A stretch of DNA of 64,000 nucleotides from Hypanus sabinus. Taxonomy: Eukaryota. The notes below the pieces were generated by a model. The model did not search any database, had not been told where the DNA came from, and saw only the letters and a list, made by a program, of their open reading frames with translations. Positions 53,390 through 64,000 of the stretch are shown here, in pieces; within the stretch, counting starts at the first letter, position 1, and the number at the start of each line of letters is the position of its first letter. The stretch covers positions 154,690,001 to 154,754,000 of the forward strand of contig NC_082714.1 of assembly GCF_030144855.1 (NCBI RefSeq). Direction: 5' to 3'. The position numbers and the translations under genes are program-made.

Positions 53390-54300
53390 AGTGTGCCAGG
53401 AATTTGAGATTGTCGGGGGGCAGCAGTTGCTATTACTAAGGGAAGGTACTTGGGAAGCTGGAAGATCTGAAGGTAAATGAGTCACCTGGATGAGGTGGAC
53501 CACACCCCAGGGTTCTGAAAGAGTTAGCTGAAGAGATTGTAATCTTTCAAGAATCACTAGATTCTGAAATAGTTGCAGAGGACTGGAAAATTGCAAATGG
53601 TAGTCCACTCTAAGAAGAGAGAGAGGCAGAATTGGAGTCCATTATTAAGGATGAGGCTTTAAGGCACTTGGATGCACATGATACAATACGCCAAAGTCAG
53701 GATAGACAAAGGAGAGTCAGGGGATGTTGTTTACATGGATTTTCAGAAGCCCTTTGATAAAGTTTTGCACAAGAGGCCCATGGATTTACAGGAAAGACTC
53801 TAGCATGGATAAAAGTTTGGCTGATGGGCAAAGAATGTGAAGAAAGGGGGCCCTTTCTGGTTGGCTGCCGGTGACTAGTGGTTTTCAGCAGGGGCCGGTG
53901 TTGGAGCCGCTTCTATTCACAATATATATCAATGATTTGGACAATGGAATTGATGGCTTTTTGGCCAAGTTTGCAGACAATACGAAGATAGGTGGAGGGA
54001 CAGGTAGTGTTGAGGAAGCAGAAAGTCTGCAGAAGGAATTGGGCAGATTGAAAGAACGGACAAAGAAATAGCAGATGGAATATAGCGTAGGGAAGTGCAT
54101 GGTCACGCATTTTGGTAGAAGGAATAAAGAATGTATTTAAAACAGAGATTGAAAAGTTCTTGGGTAGTCAGGATATCAAAGGTTACAGGGAAAAGGCAGG
54201 AGAATGGGGATGAGAGGGAAAAGTAATCAGCCATGATGGAATGGAGCAACAGAATCGATGGGCTGAGTGGCCTAATTCTGCTCCTATGTTGTATCGTCTT
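53390..54300 (+). mobile_element. CR1-like LINE RT fragment
   Basis: SGFQQGPVLEPLLFTIYINDLDNGIDGFLAKFADNTKIGG. Confidence 0.85.
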
Positions 54301-54694
54301 ATGAGCACGTCACCGTGAACTATCCCAAGATTCATTTTCTTGCAGGCATTCACAGTTGAACAAAGAAATACAACAAAGTCTATGAACAACTACGCAACGA
54401 CTTAGAAGCAACCAATGTGCAAAAAAAAACTCTGCAAATACAACAAATAATAACAAACAATAAGTAAATAAATAACATTGAGAATATGGCTTGTTAAAGC
54501 CTTGAAAGTAAGTCCGTTGGCTGAGGAATCGGTTCAGCGTTGAGGTGAGTGAAGTTATCAACACTGGTTCAGGAGCCGGTGGTAACTGTTCCTGAAGCTG
54601 GTGGTTCATTTAAAAAAAAATTCCCAGAATTCAAAGAATGATTCTGAAAACGAACTGTACTCCTAGCCACTGAGATTACATGCTTCAAACTCAC

Positions 54695-54812
54695 CTGGAA
54701 AGTCAACAATTAGCCAGCCATCGTCCTCCTTCTCGGTCAATTTGGGATCAGGAGCCAGTGTGCAGACATCTTTAGAGTCCGCATAGAAGAAGCTGGTGAA
54801 TCGGTGGAACAT
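54695..54812 (-). CDS. TP53INP2: TP53INP2 (DOR) first coding exon with LIR motif (EDDGWLIV); exon extends 5' to an acceptor at 54969
   Basis: MFHRFTSFF...EDDGWLIVDFP resembles TP53INP2 MFQRLSSLFF...DGWLIIDLP; GCCATG start context; CCAG|gtgagt donor, phase 1; convergent synteny with NCOA6. Confidence 0.93.
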
Positions 54813-54921
54813 GGCAGTCTGATCGTGGGGCGGCTCACAGGCAGGCAACCAATCTTCGGGGGACTGGCAGGAGGCTGGTGGGCGAGCAGCACAAGGAGAT
54901 CCCTCAGACGGCGGGCAGAGC

Positions 54922-54936
54922 TCAGAGGCCTGTCAT
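54922..54936 (-). promoter_or_regulatory. uORF MTGL* in the TP53INP2 5'UTR
   Basis: ATG ACA GGC CTC TGA, 124 nt upstream of the main ATG, within the same exon. Confidence 0.55.
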
Positions 54937-55607
54937 AAGGTGACCACTTGGTTCAGTTGAAAAGAAGGCCTAGAACAAGAGGGCAAAAACAGTAAAACTT
55001 TTACCCAAGACAAATAACTAACAAATGCCTTTCTTCCCATATGACAAAGCAGCTGAATTGGGCCATTTGGCCCATCGAGTTCTGCTCTGCTGTTCCATCA
55101 TTATTATCCCCCTCAGCCCCATTCTCCCCATAACCTTCGATACCATTTCTAATCAAGAACCTATCAAACTCTACTTTTAATATACCCAATTACCTGAATC
55201 TACATCTATCTGTGGCAATGAATTTCACGGACTCACAACCTTCTGAAGGAATGTTCTTGCATACAGTGGCTATACCCTCTGGTCCTAGACTCCCCCACGA
55301 TACTCCGTATCGACTCTATTTGGGGTTTTCAGTATTCGATGAGATCCTGCTCCTCAGTTTTCTAAACTCTAATGAGTACAGTCCCAGAGCCATCAAACGC
55401 AGCTCATATGTTAACCCTTCCATTCCAGGGGTCATTCTTCTGAACCACCAATGGATGATCTCCAACATCAGCACAGCCTTCATGCGATAAGGGGCACCAA
55501 AACAGCTCTCAATACTCCAAGTGCAGTCTTACCAATACCTTGTAAAATCTCAAAACCAACACTCCTGCAAACCATTGAAGACAACAGGATACTAGTATTA
55601 AATAGAT

Positions 55608-56871
55608 CAGGGGTGGGCAAACTTTTTGATTTGAGGGCCACAAAGGGTTCTAAAATTTGACAGGGGGGCCGGACCAGGAGCAGATGGACGGACTGTTTTG
55701 GTAATACACCTCATAAGAGAAGATAAAATATCATGGGATATGTAGAAAACATGTGCTTTAATTTCAATTGAAAATGAACAAATGCATTACAACAAAATAT
55801 CTGTCTTTGAAGTCCCATGGTATTTAGCTATTTATTGAAATGACTTTTAAGACACTGAAAATTAAATGAATAAAATACAGCTTTTTTAATAGTAACAGTT
55901 ATTATTTTAAAACACTGAAAATTCTGTTATCCTTCAAGATATTATCATCATCACTCTCCTCCTGACTGTCTTTATTTCAAAAACGGTAGGAGATGCAGGT
56001 CTACTTGTCCTGCTCCTTCTTATTCAATTGTCCCCTGTGCCAAAACTCAACGACGACTAGCCAGTATGCGGAGCGCGTTATTTGATCTGGAGCGCATTTT
56101 TTTATTTTGAGAACGTACGTGCACCTGCGCACTACACGTCCATCACTTAACAGAAATGACATGTAACATGTAAGGCTTATTGAAAAAAATATTTTCAAAT
56201 GCATCTTTTACATAACACAACAAAGAAACTTATTTTTAATTTCAGTGGGAACAGTGTTGTAGGTCTCCCTTTTTAGCCAGCGCATCAAAGTCTGGATTTA
56301 GTTTTGTTGTGGCGATTTTCAGGATGGATCTGAGGTGTTGGTCAGTTAACTTGGATCTGTGGCTGGCTTTGTTGATGTTCATGACGCTGAACGCCTGTTC
56401 ACACAAATAGGTCGAGCCGAACAAAGAGTAAAGCGCAAATGTGGAGTAATACGCTGTACCTCAACAAAGGTCAATGTGTAGCGGTGTGCTACACGCAGCG
56501 CTAAAATTACGACATGGAGTCGGTAACTGCAGTCGAAGAAAAAAACTTTATTCGAAATCCCCAGCCTCACTTTTAAGCCTCCCTCAACCTGCCCCCCCGT
56601 GGCGCAGAGGCTCCAAAGCTCTGTGCTCGCAAATCCCCGCAGGCTATCTCCCTTAGCCGGAACGCTGGCTAATTGTGAGCCGGTTCGGATGTGCCAGGAA
56701 ATGGGTCGCCACAAATGTATATAGAGTGCGTCATCTATTGGGAAAACGCCAGAATTGCGGGGGAAAAACGTTAACAAGGTTTATTAATATAATTTCATCA
56801 AGTTCTGCGGGTCGGATTAAAAAGCTTAACGGGCCGCATATGGCCCGCGGGCCTTAGTTTGCCCATGCCTG
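55608..56871 (-). mobile_element. Non-autonomous hAT (Charlie/Buster group) element retaining the transposase C-terminus
   Basis: TIRs caggggtgggcaaact / agtttgcccatgcctg; 8-bp TSD AAATAGAT/AAATAGAG; ORF 56242-56424 MFGSTYLCEQAFSVMNINKASHRSKLTDQHL (hAT dimerisation region). Confidence 0.92.
56477..56713 (-). mobile_element. Solo LTR (237 bp) nested in the hAT element
   Basis: TGTAGCG...CGCCACA termini, 4-bp TSD AATG (56473-76 / 56714-17), minus-strand AATAAA, CpG-rich. Confidence 0.82.
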
Positions 56872-59800
56872 AAATAGAGGGACTCAATATGCCATCTACT
56901 GGAACTCCACTTAAACCTTAAATGGCCGCACACTCCGGGGACAATTTCAAGTGTGATAACGATCAGCAAACACCATCTCCGGTTGGTTGTATTCCTGCAG
57001 ATTTCATCGCATGCTTCCCTTCCGTTGGCTGCGATTCGAGTGCACTGGAATGCAAGAAGCTGCAGGGAATAGACAACTCTGTCCAATACACCGTGGGCAC
57101 ATCCCTCCCAACCATCGGTCATATCTACAGCAGCTTCCAAAGACCTTCCATAAGGGAAGTGATTGAATAGGTTAGGACTTTATTCCTTGGAACATAAGAG
57201 AGTTGAGAGAGATATAGAAAATTCTGAGGGGTATACATAGGGCAAGTGCAAACAGACTTTTTCCCACTGAGGTTCTGTGAGACTACGGGTCACCGGTTAA
57301 GGATGAAGGATGAAAAGTTTAAGGGGGAACATGAAGGGAAACTTCTTCACTCAGAGGCTGCTGAGAGTGTGAAACGAGCTGCCAGCACAAGTAGTACACG
57401 AGAGCTTAATTTCAATGTTTAGAGAAGTTTGGATAAGTACATGATGGGAGAGGTATGGAGGGCTATGGTCCCGGTGCAGATTGAAGTGAGTCGGCAGTCT
57501 AAATGGTTTGGCATGGACTAGATGGGCCAAAGGGCCTTTTACTGTTGTACTTTTCCGGGACTCTATCCCCCACCATCTGGTCCAGGCACAGCTACCATCA
57601 GGCAGAAGGTAGAGAAGCCTGAACACCACGAGGAGCAGCAGCTATGGAGGGGAATAAACAGCCAGTGTTTCAGGCAGAGACCCTTCATCAGATCAGGCTC
57701 AAAATATCAACTGGTTATTCCCCTCCATAGATGCAGAGATCCTCCAGCATTTTGTGCTTTGCTGAAGATTCCTAGCTTCTGTTACAGAAACCTGGCGTTC
57801 CAACACCACCAGGCACAGGAATAGCATCAGGTTTAATACCACCAGCATATGTTGCTAAATTTGCTGTCTTGTAGCAGCAGTACTTCGCGATGCATAATAA
57901 TAAAATAAATTGCATACACAAATGCCAATATACAAGTACCCATGACTGTGACTGGATTTCAGCTGTAATAGTCCTGAATGGGAAAATTTGATGATTCCCA
58001 TCGGAACTGCATGCAAACTTCGCCAATTAATTCTGTCTTCTTGAAGAACTACTTGCCCTCAATCAATCCAGTTCCTGAACCAACCAACAAGTTCCTAATC
58101 ACTACAGATTAGCAACACTACAAACACTTCACACTAAAAGTGACTTTTATTTTGTGTTCCAAGAATTATGTACAACATATGACTGATTCATGCTTTTCCT
58201 GTGAGTGTTGTGTGTCTGATATGATGTAGAGTTATAAAATCAGGAAAGTACAGCACAGAGACAGTCCTTTTGGCCCATCTAATTTGTGCCAAACCACTTG
58301 GACTGCTTTCCCATCAACCTGCCTCCATCACCCGACCATCCACGTATCTACCCAAACTTCATTTAAACGTTGAAATCAAGTTTGCACGCATCATTTGTAC
58401 TGGCAGTTTGTTCCACACACTCACCACTCTGAGTGAAGTTTCCCCCTCATGTTCCCCTTAAACTTTTCACCCTTCACCCTTAACCCATGACCTCTGGTTG
58501 TAGTCCCACCCAACCTCAGTGGAAAAAGCCTGCTTGCATTTACTGCCTATACCCTCAGTTTTGTACACCTCTATCACATCTCCTCTCAACCTTCTGCCTT
58601 CTGAGGAATGAAGTCCTAACATATTCAAACTTTCCTTTTCACTCAAGTGTATCAGTCCCGGCAATGCCCTAGTAAACGTGCTCGAGATGCTGCTGCAAGC
58701 AAGATTTTCACTGCACAAGTGCGGATAAGCTGGACTTTGACTTTTATCCACATCCTTCCCAGACTAATCCAAAAACAGTCTCTTCAGAATAAAATCAGAA
58801 AATAACAGACAGAAACAGAGTCAAAGGTGAGGGCCAGAGACCCCCCATCAGCAGCAATCCCTCTAACCCTGTAGATTTTATTAACTGAAGAGTATAAAAT
58901 ACAGCACAAAGAAAATCTTCCACATTTTTGTAAACTTTTAAATTTAGATAGTATTGGCATTCAGCGGGTCAGTGATTTATTAACAATGAGCTACCAAGTT
59001 CCATTCTGTGTTTATTGTTACACTTTGTAACAGTGTTATACCTTGAAACACTGACAATATAAGTACATTGAAGCTCTAAAACGGTTCAAAGTAAAGGTTG
59101 TGGTACATTTATTATTTAGAACATTTATGGATTATGTTCATTTACACAATTAATTGCACGCTATTTGACAATTATGAGCATGATTTCAAAATTATATTAA
59201 CATTGTAGAAAAGAAAGTCCCAGCTGCGTAGTAACAAAGGCTATGTGCGCGGGAGCATTTCAGTTACCGCGAGGCCGTGCAGCAGCGCAGCTTGAAGCGA
59301 ACAGTGCTTGCCAGATAGATCCTTGATTGAAAATGATAATTCCATTTTTCACACAAAGTACACTGCAGATGCTGTGGTCAAATCAACACGTACAACAAGC
59401 TGGAGGAACTCAGCAGGTCCGACAGCATCCGTGAAAATGAGCAGTCAACATTTCTGTCCGAGACCCTTCATCAGGACTGAAGGAGGAGGGGGCCGGGGCC
59501 CGATAAAGATGGTGGGGGGAGGGTGGGAAGGAGAAGGCTGGTAGGTGTCAGGTGAAAAACCAATCAGAGGAAAGATCAAGGGGTGGAGGAGGGGAAGCAG
59601 GGAGGGGGTATTCCATTTCTCTCTCCACGAAAGCTGCCCAACCTGCTGAGTGTTTCCAGTACGTGTTTCATTTCACTTTTCCAATAATTGCTGAATGGTT
59701 TTTGATTTTCAGTGCATATTATTATCCGATTAAGCCTTTTCTCTTAACAGATTTCCAAAACTGTTACAATGTGTTTGGTAAAACTACGCTCCATTCAATG

Positions 59801-61419
59801 CTGGCAATTTTTCCAAATTTGTTTGATGTATCGAGATTCCAGGACAAGAGTTTACAACCTTGACAGTGAGCCGTCACGGTTAATCACCCTACCAATACTC
59901 ACTTTGACTAACAGCCACAGGCGAGATGCCAGTAAGCCAGGTTCCAGATCCTTGAAAACAAAGAATAGAATTAGGAGATCTCCATTGGGCATTTGTACCA
60001 TTCTGATCTTCAGCTCTGTGACACTTCCCAAATGCCCCATTTCTCTTTAATCCACTCCTTGAATATCCTTCCAAGGACTCACCAACATTTGCAGGGAAAA
60101 TGTTCATTTCTGTACTGAGTCGCACACCTGATATTGGGGGCTATGAATTAATTTATATATTGAGGTAACTATAGCCTAATCAGTGGACAATTTACAACGA
60201 GCAATCAGCCTACTGACCTTTGGGCTGTGGGAGGAAACTGGAGGAAACCTGCACGGTTATAGGCAGCTGTGGGAATTGAATCTCAGCTGCCTGTGTTGAA
60301 CTAACCACTACACCTCTATACCGCCCCATGGTAGTGTAGTGATTAGCACATCTTACAATGCCGGCTGCAGAATCAGACAGGGTTCAATTCCCATCACTGC
60401 TCGTAATTCTTCCTGTGAGTGTATGGGTTTCCTCCCACATTGCAATGACGTATGGTTAGGGTTCAGAGTCAATTTGTTATCAGAGAATGCACACTTCACC
60501 ATATACTACCATGACATTTGTGGGCTTTCAGAGCAGAACAGAGAAATATAATAGAATCAATGAAAAACTACAAAGTCTCGCAAACAACCAATGTGCAAAG
60601 ACAACAAATTGTGCACACAAGTAGATAAATCACACTGAGAACATGAGTTGTAGAGTTCTTGACAGCGAGTCCATAGATTGTGGAATTAGTTCAAAGTTGA
60701 GGTGAGTGAGGTTCTCCACGCTGGTTCGGGGTAGTACCTGAACCTGGTGGTGTGGGTCCTGAGGCTCCTGTAACTCCTTCCCCACGGCAGCAGTGAGAGG
60801 AGAGCATGGCCTGAACGGTGGGGGTTCTTGGCGAGTTGTGGGCACGCTATGTTCACACTTGTGAGCTGCCCAGCACAACACTCGATGCATGTGACACTTT
60901 CCACTGCATGTTTTGACATTTGTGACAATAACACAATCTTTATCTCTAGCCCTTTTTTCCTGGGCCGGAACAATTCAGCAGGAGCCAATGTTATCCCCCA
61001 TTAAGCACCCTTAGAAATTTGAACAATTAGATCAAAGACAGACACAATATGTAAACTTAGAATGGTGGAAATAGTCCCCAGATCCACACATGCTGCTGGA
61101 GGGTGCAAGCAGAGTGAAACCACCATTCGCTGGAACAGAGTCAAGGCCGACACTGCACTTGATGAACTGGCTATCTCAGTAATTGATCTGGTGATGTTAT
61201 TGCCATACTGCCTTTATCAAGTATATTCTTAGATGTGGTAACAACCCTTACACTGTATACAACAGGCTAAATACACAAGTGAAGCAGTTACTCTTCATTA
61301 GCAGTGAAAGCCAACATACCATTGAAAGTTCAAAGTAAAAACATGTCGCCCTATTCATTTCCTTGTGGGCATTCTCAATAAATCTATAATAGAATCAATG
61401 AAAGACCCCACCAACTGGA

Positions 61420-62790
61420 CTACACCATTACAAAGAAAGCACACATATGCCTCTCCTTCCTTAAGAGTTGCAGAAATTCAGCATGACATCTAAAACTTCA
61501 ACAAACTTCTATAGATGTGTGGTGGAGAGTGCATTGACTGGCTGCATCAGACGCTGGCAGTGCAGAACAGGTATTCAAAAGAAAATAAACTGTGCAAATA
61601 CAAGAACAAAAATACTAATAAATCAATAAGCAATGAACACCAAGAACATGAGATGGAGGCTTGAAAGTGAGTCCATGGGTTGTGGGAACAATTCAATGAT
61701 GGAGCAGTGGAAGTTGAGTGAAGTTCTCTCTTTTGGTTCAAGAGCCTGATGGTTGAGGGGTAGTAACTTCCCCTGAACCTGGCAATGTGAATCCTGAGGC
61801 TCCTTGTAACTTCTTCCTGGTGGCAATTGTGAGAAGAGAACATATCCTGGGTGGTAGGGGTCTTTAATGCTGTGTTCCTGCAACAATTCACAAAGATGTG
61901 CTCAATGGTGGGAGCGACTTTGATGGGGGAGTGCTTTACCTGTGATGGACTGGGCGGTATCCACTATTTTTTGCAGGATTTATTGTTCAAGGGCATTGGT
62001 GTTTCCAGACCAGGTTGTGATGCAGCCAGTCAATATTCTCTCCACCACACATCTATAGAAGTTTGTCAGACTTTTGGATGGCATGCTAAACATTCACAAA
62101 CTCTTAAGTAGAGGCGCTGTCATGCCTTCTTCACAATTGGACTTGCATGCTGAGCCCAAGACAGGTCCTCTGAAGTGATAATACCAAGGAATTTAAAGTT
62201 GCTGACCCTCTCCACCTCTGATCCCCCAATGAAGGCTGGCTCATGGACCAGATGTTGTTGTCAACTCAAACTGACTAGAGTCTGCAAGTGAGGAAATTGA
62301 GGACCTAATTGCACAAGGAGGTTTTGAGGCAAAGGCTTATTGATTAGTTTTGAAGGGATGATGGTATTAAATGCCGAGCTGAAGTCGATAAAGAACATCC
62401 TGATGTATGTACCTTTGCTGTCCAGATGTTCCACGGTGGAGTGAAGAGCTGATGAGATGGCATCTGCTGTGGACCTGTTGTGATGGTAGGCAAATTGGAG
62501 CAGATCCAAGTCACTTCTCAGGCAGGAGCTGATCGGTTTCATCACCGAACTGTCAAAACATCTCACTGTGGATGCAAGTGCTATTGGATGATAATCATTG
62601 AGGTAGGCTACCAAGTGCTTCATAGGCACTGGACTGCATTGAAACCTGCTTGAAGTAGGTGGATACTGAAGTGAGAGGTTAAAGATCTCGGTGAAGACTC
62701 CAGCTGGTTGATCAGCATAGGTTCTTCATACTTGGCCAGGGACCTAGTATCTGCATTGCTTTCCATGGGTTCACCCTCCTGAAGGTTGCT
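61420..62790 (-). mobile_element. Rex1/Babar-like LINE RT fragments
   Basis: LNDYHPIALAS...QFAYHHNRSTADAI...RMFFIDFSSAFNTIIPSKL RT motifs. Confidence 0.85.
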
Positions 62791-64000
62791 CACATCCCTG
62801 AATCCGTGCCTAACCCGAGTGCTAACGTCAGGCGACTGGACAGCAGGGACACACAGATCATGCAGAACACCTAGCCACACCTCAGAGTTGTACAGCGCAG
62901 AAACAGGACCCTCGGCTCACCAGTCTCCTGCTACCTATACTGATCCCAAGCTGCCTGCGTTTCCCTCCATGCCTTGTCTATTCAAGTGCCTGTTTAAGCG
63001 TCGTGACGGTATTACTGGATTTCATCACCTCCTCTAGCAGCACACTCCAGAGACCACAGAACGTTTCATTAAATTCAAAATCCAAAGCCTGAACACATTC
63101 CCGTGGGATGCAGGTTTTACGTCATTAAACAGCACAGGCCCTCGGTAAATCGTGCCAAAAGGACCTTTAACCTGCTGTAACATCAATCTAACCTTTTCCT
63201 CCCATATAGGCACATCGATGACAAAAATAGTGGGCTATCCATCCAGGAGTTTCTCAAATGTATCACCAACACTAGCATCTTGCTCCACGTATCCACCACT
63301 GAAAAAAAACCCAACTTGGCTCTGATATCCACAACCTCCACCCCCCACCCCCGATATTTTCCTCCAACCAATTTAAAATTATTCTCTAATCATCTTAAAA
63401 TGCCCTCTCACATTAGCCGTTTCCACCCTGGGCAAAAGTCTCTGGCTATCCACTTGCTCTATTCCTCTCATCTTCGACACCTCGATTAAGTCACCTCTCA
63501 TCCTCTTTTGCTCCACACGGAAAAGCCCTAGCTTGCTCGACCTCTTAAAATCTTTCCCCTCAGATCCTGCTTCCTTGAATCTTGAACTAATGGCCTCGTG
63601 TCTTTGATACCCCTACCAGAAGGAAAGAAAATGAATAATCTACCCTGTCCATCAGGTCCCACCTCAGATCCCATCACTCCAGGAAAAACAAGGTAACGAT
63701 GGATGTTTTGGATGCAGCAATGGTACCAAAGTTGCAATTGGCCTTTATAGGGTCATAGAGCACCACTGTACAGAAGCCGGCCCTTTGGCCCATCTAGCCA
63801 ATGCCGGCCTGGTTTCCTGCCTAGTCTGTCTACCTGCACCCAGACCATAAACCTCCATTCCATTCTCATCCTTGTGCCTATCCCAACTTTTCCTCTGGCT
63901 CTCATTGTTTAAAACTCAGGGTTTCTATTTCTCTGCCAAAGAAGATGATCTCACCTATTCCAAGTCATATTGCATCAGCCACATCCCCACCCATTCACAT

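Noticed and set aside
41124-54812. Naming the minus-strand gene TP53INP1
   Set aside because: Convergent adjacency to NCOA6 and the DGWLIV / CFTAEG motifs favour TP53INP2; a phylogeny would be decisive.
56242-56424. GTF2IRD2/ZBED-like host gene exon
   Set aside because: It lies between hAT TIRs with an 8-bp TSD, so it is a transposase remnant.
58855-59306. Possible additional hAT MITE (ccctctaa.../...gcgaacagtg)
   Set aside because: Left terminus is degenerate and no convincing TSD is seen.

Overview
Vertebrate genomic DNA; the repeat landscape (HE1/HER1-type SINE/CR1, Penelope, Rex1, Tc1, hAT) suggests a cartilaginous fish, probably a ray (inference). Two convergent genes: (+) the 3' half of NCOA6, with 7 coding exons from ~1250 to the stop at 35096, including a 2.9-kb exon with polyQ/polyM and LxxLL-2; (-) the complete 229-aa coding region of TP53INP2 (exons 54695-54812, 43134-43455, 41124-41373) with a putative ~4-kb 3'UTR. 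This tail-to-tail arrangement matches human. Introns are packed with TEs. A decayed PNMA-like-gag Gypsy element (4-bp TSD) sits inside a Penelope element and carries a young 81-bp-unit minisatellite in gag. Also present: a full-length IR/DR Tc1, nested hAT MITEs, a hAT carrying a solo LTR, and a 5'-inverted L1. The most notable signal is >10 copies of a minimal type I hammerhead-ribozyme motif in short, often fold-back, Penelope-derived elements, one of them sense in the TP53INP2 3'UTR. Comparisons to human proteins and TE families are from recall; no searches were run.
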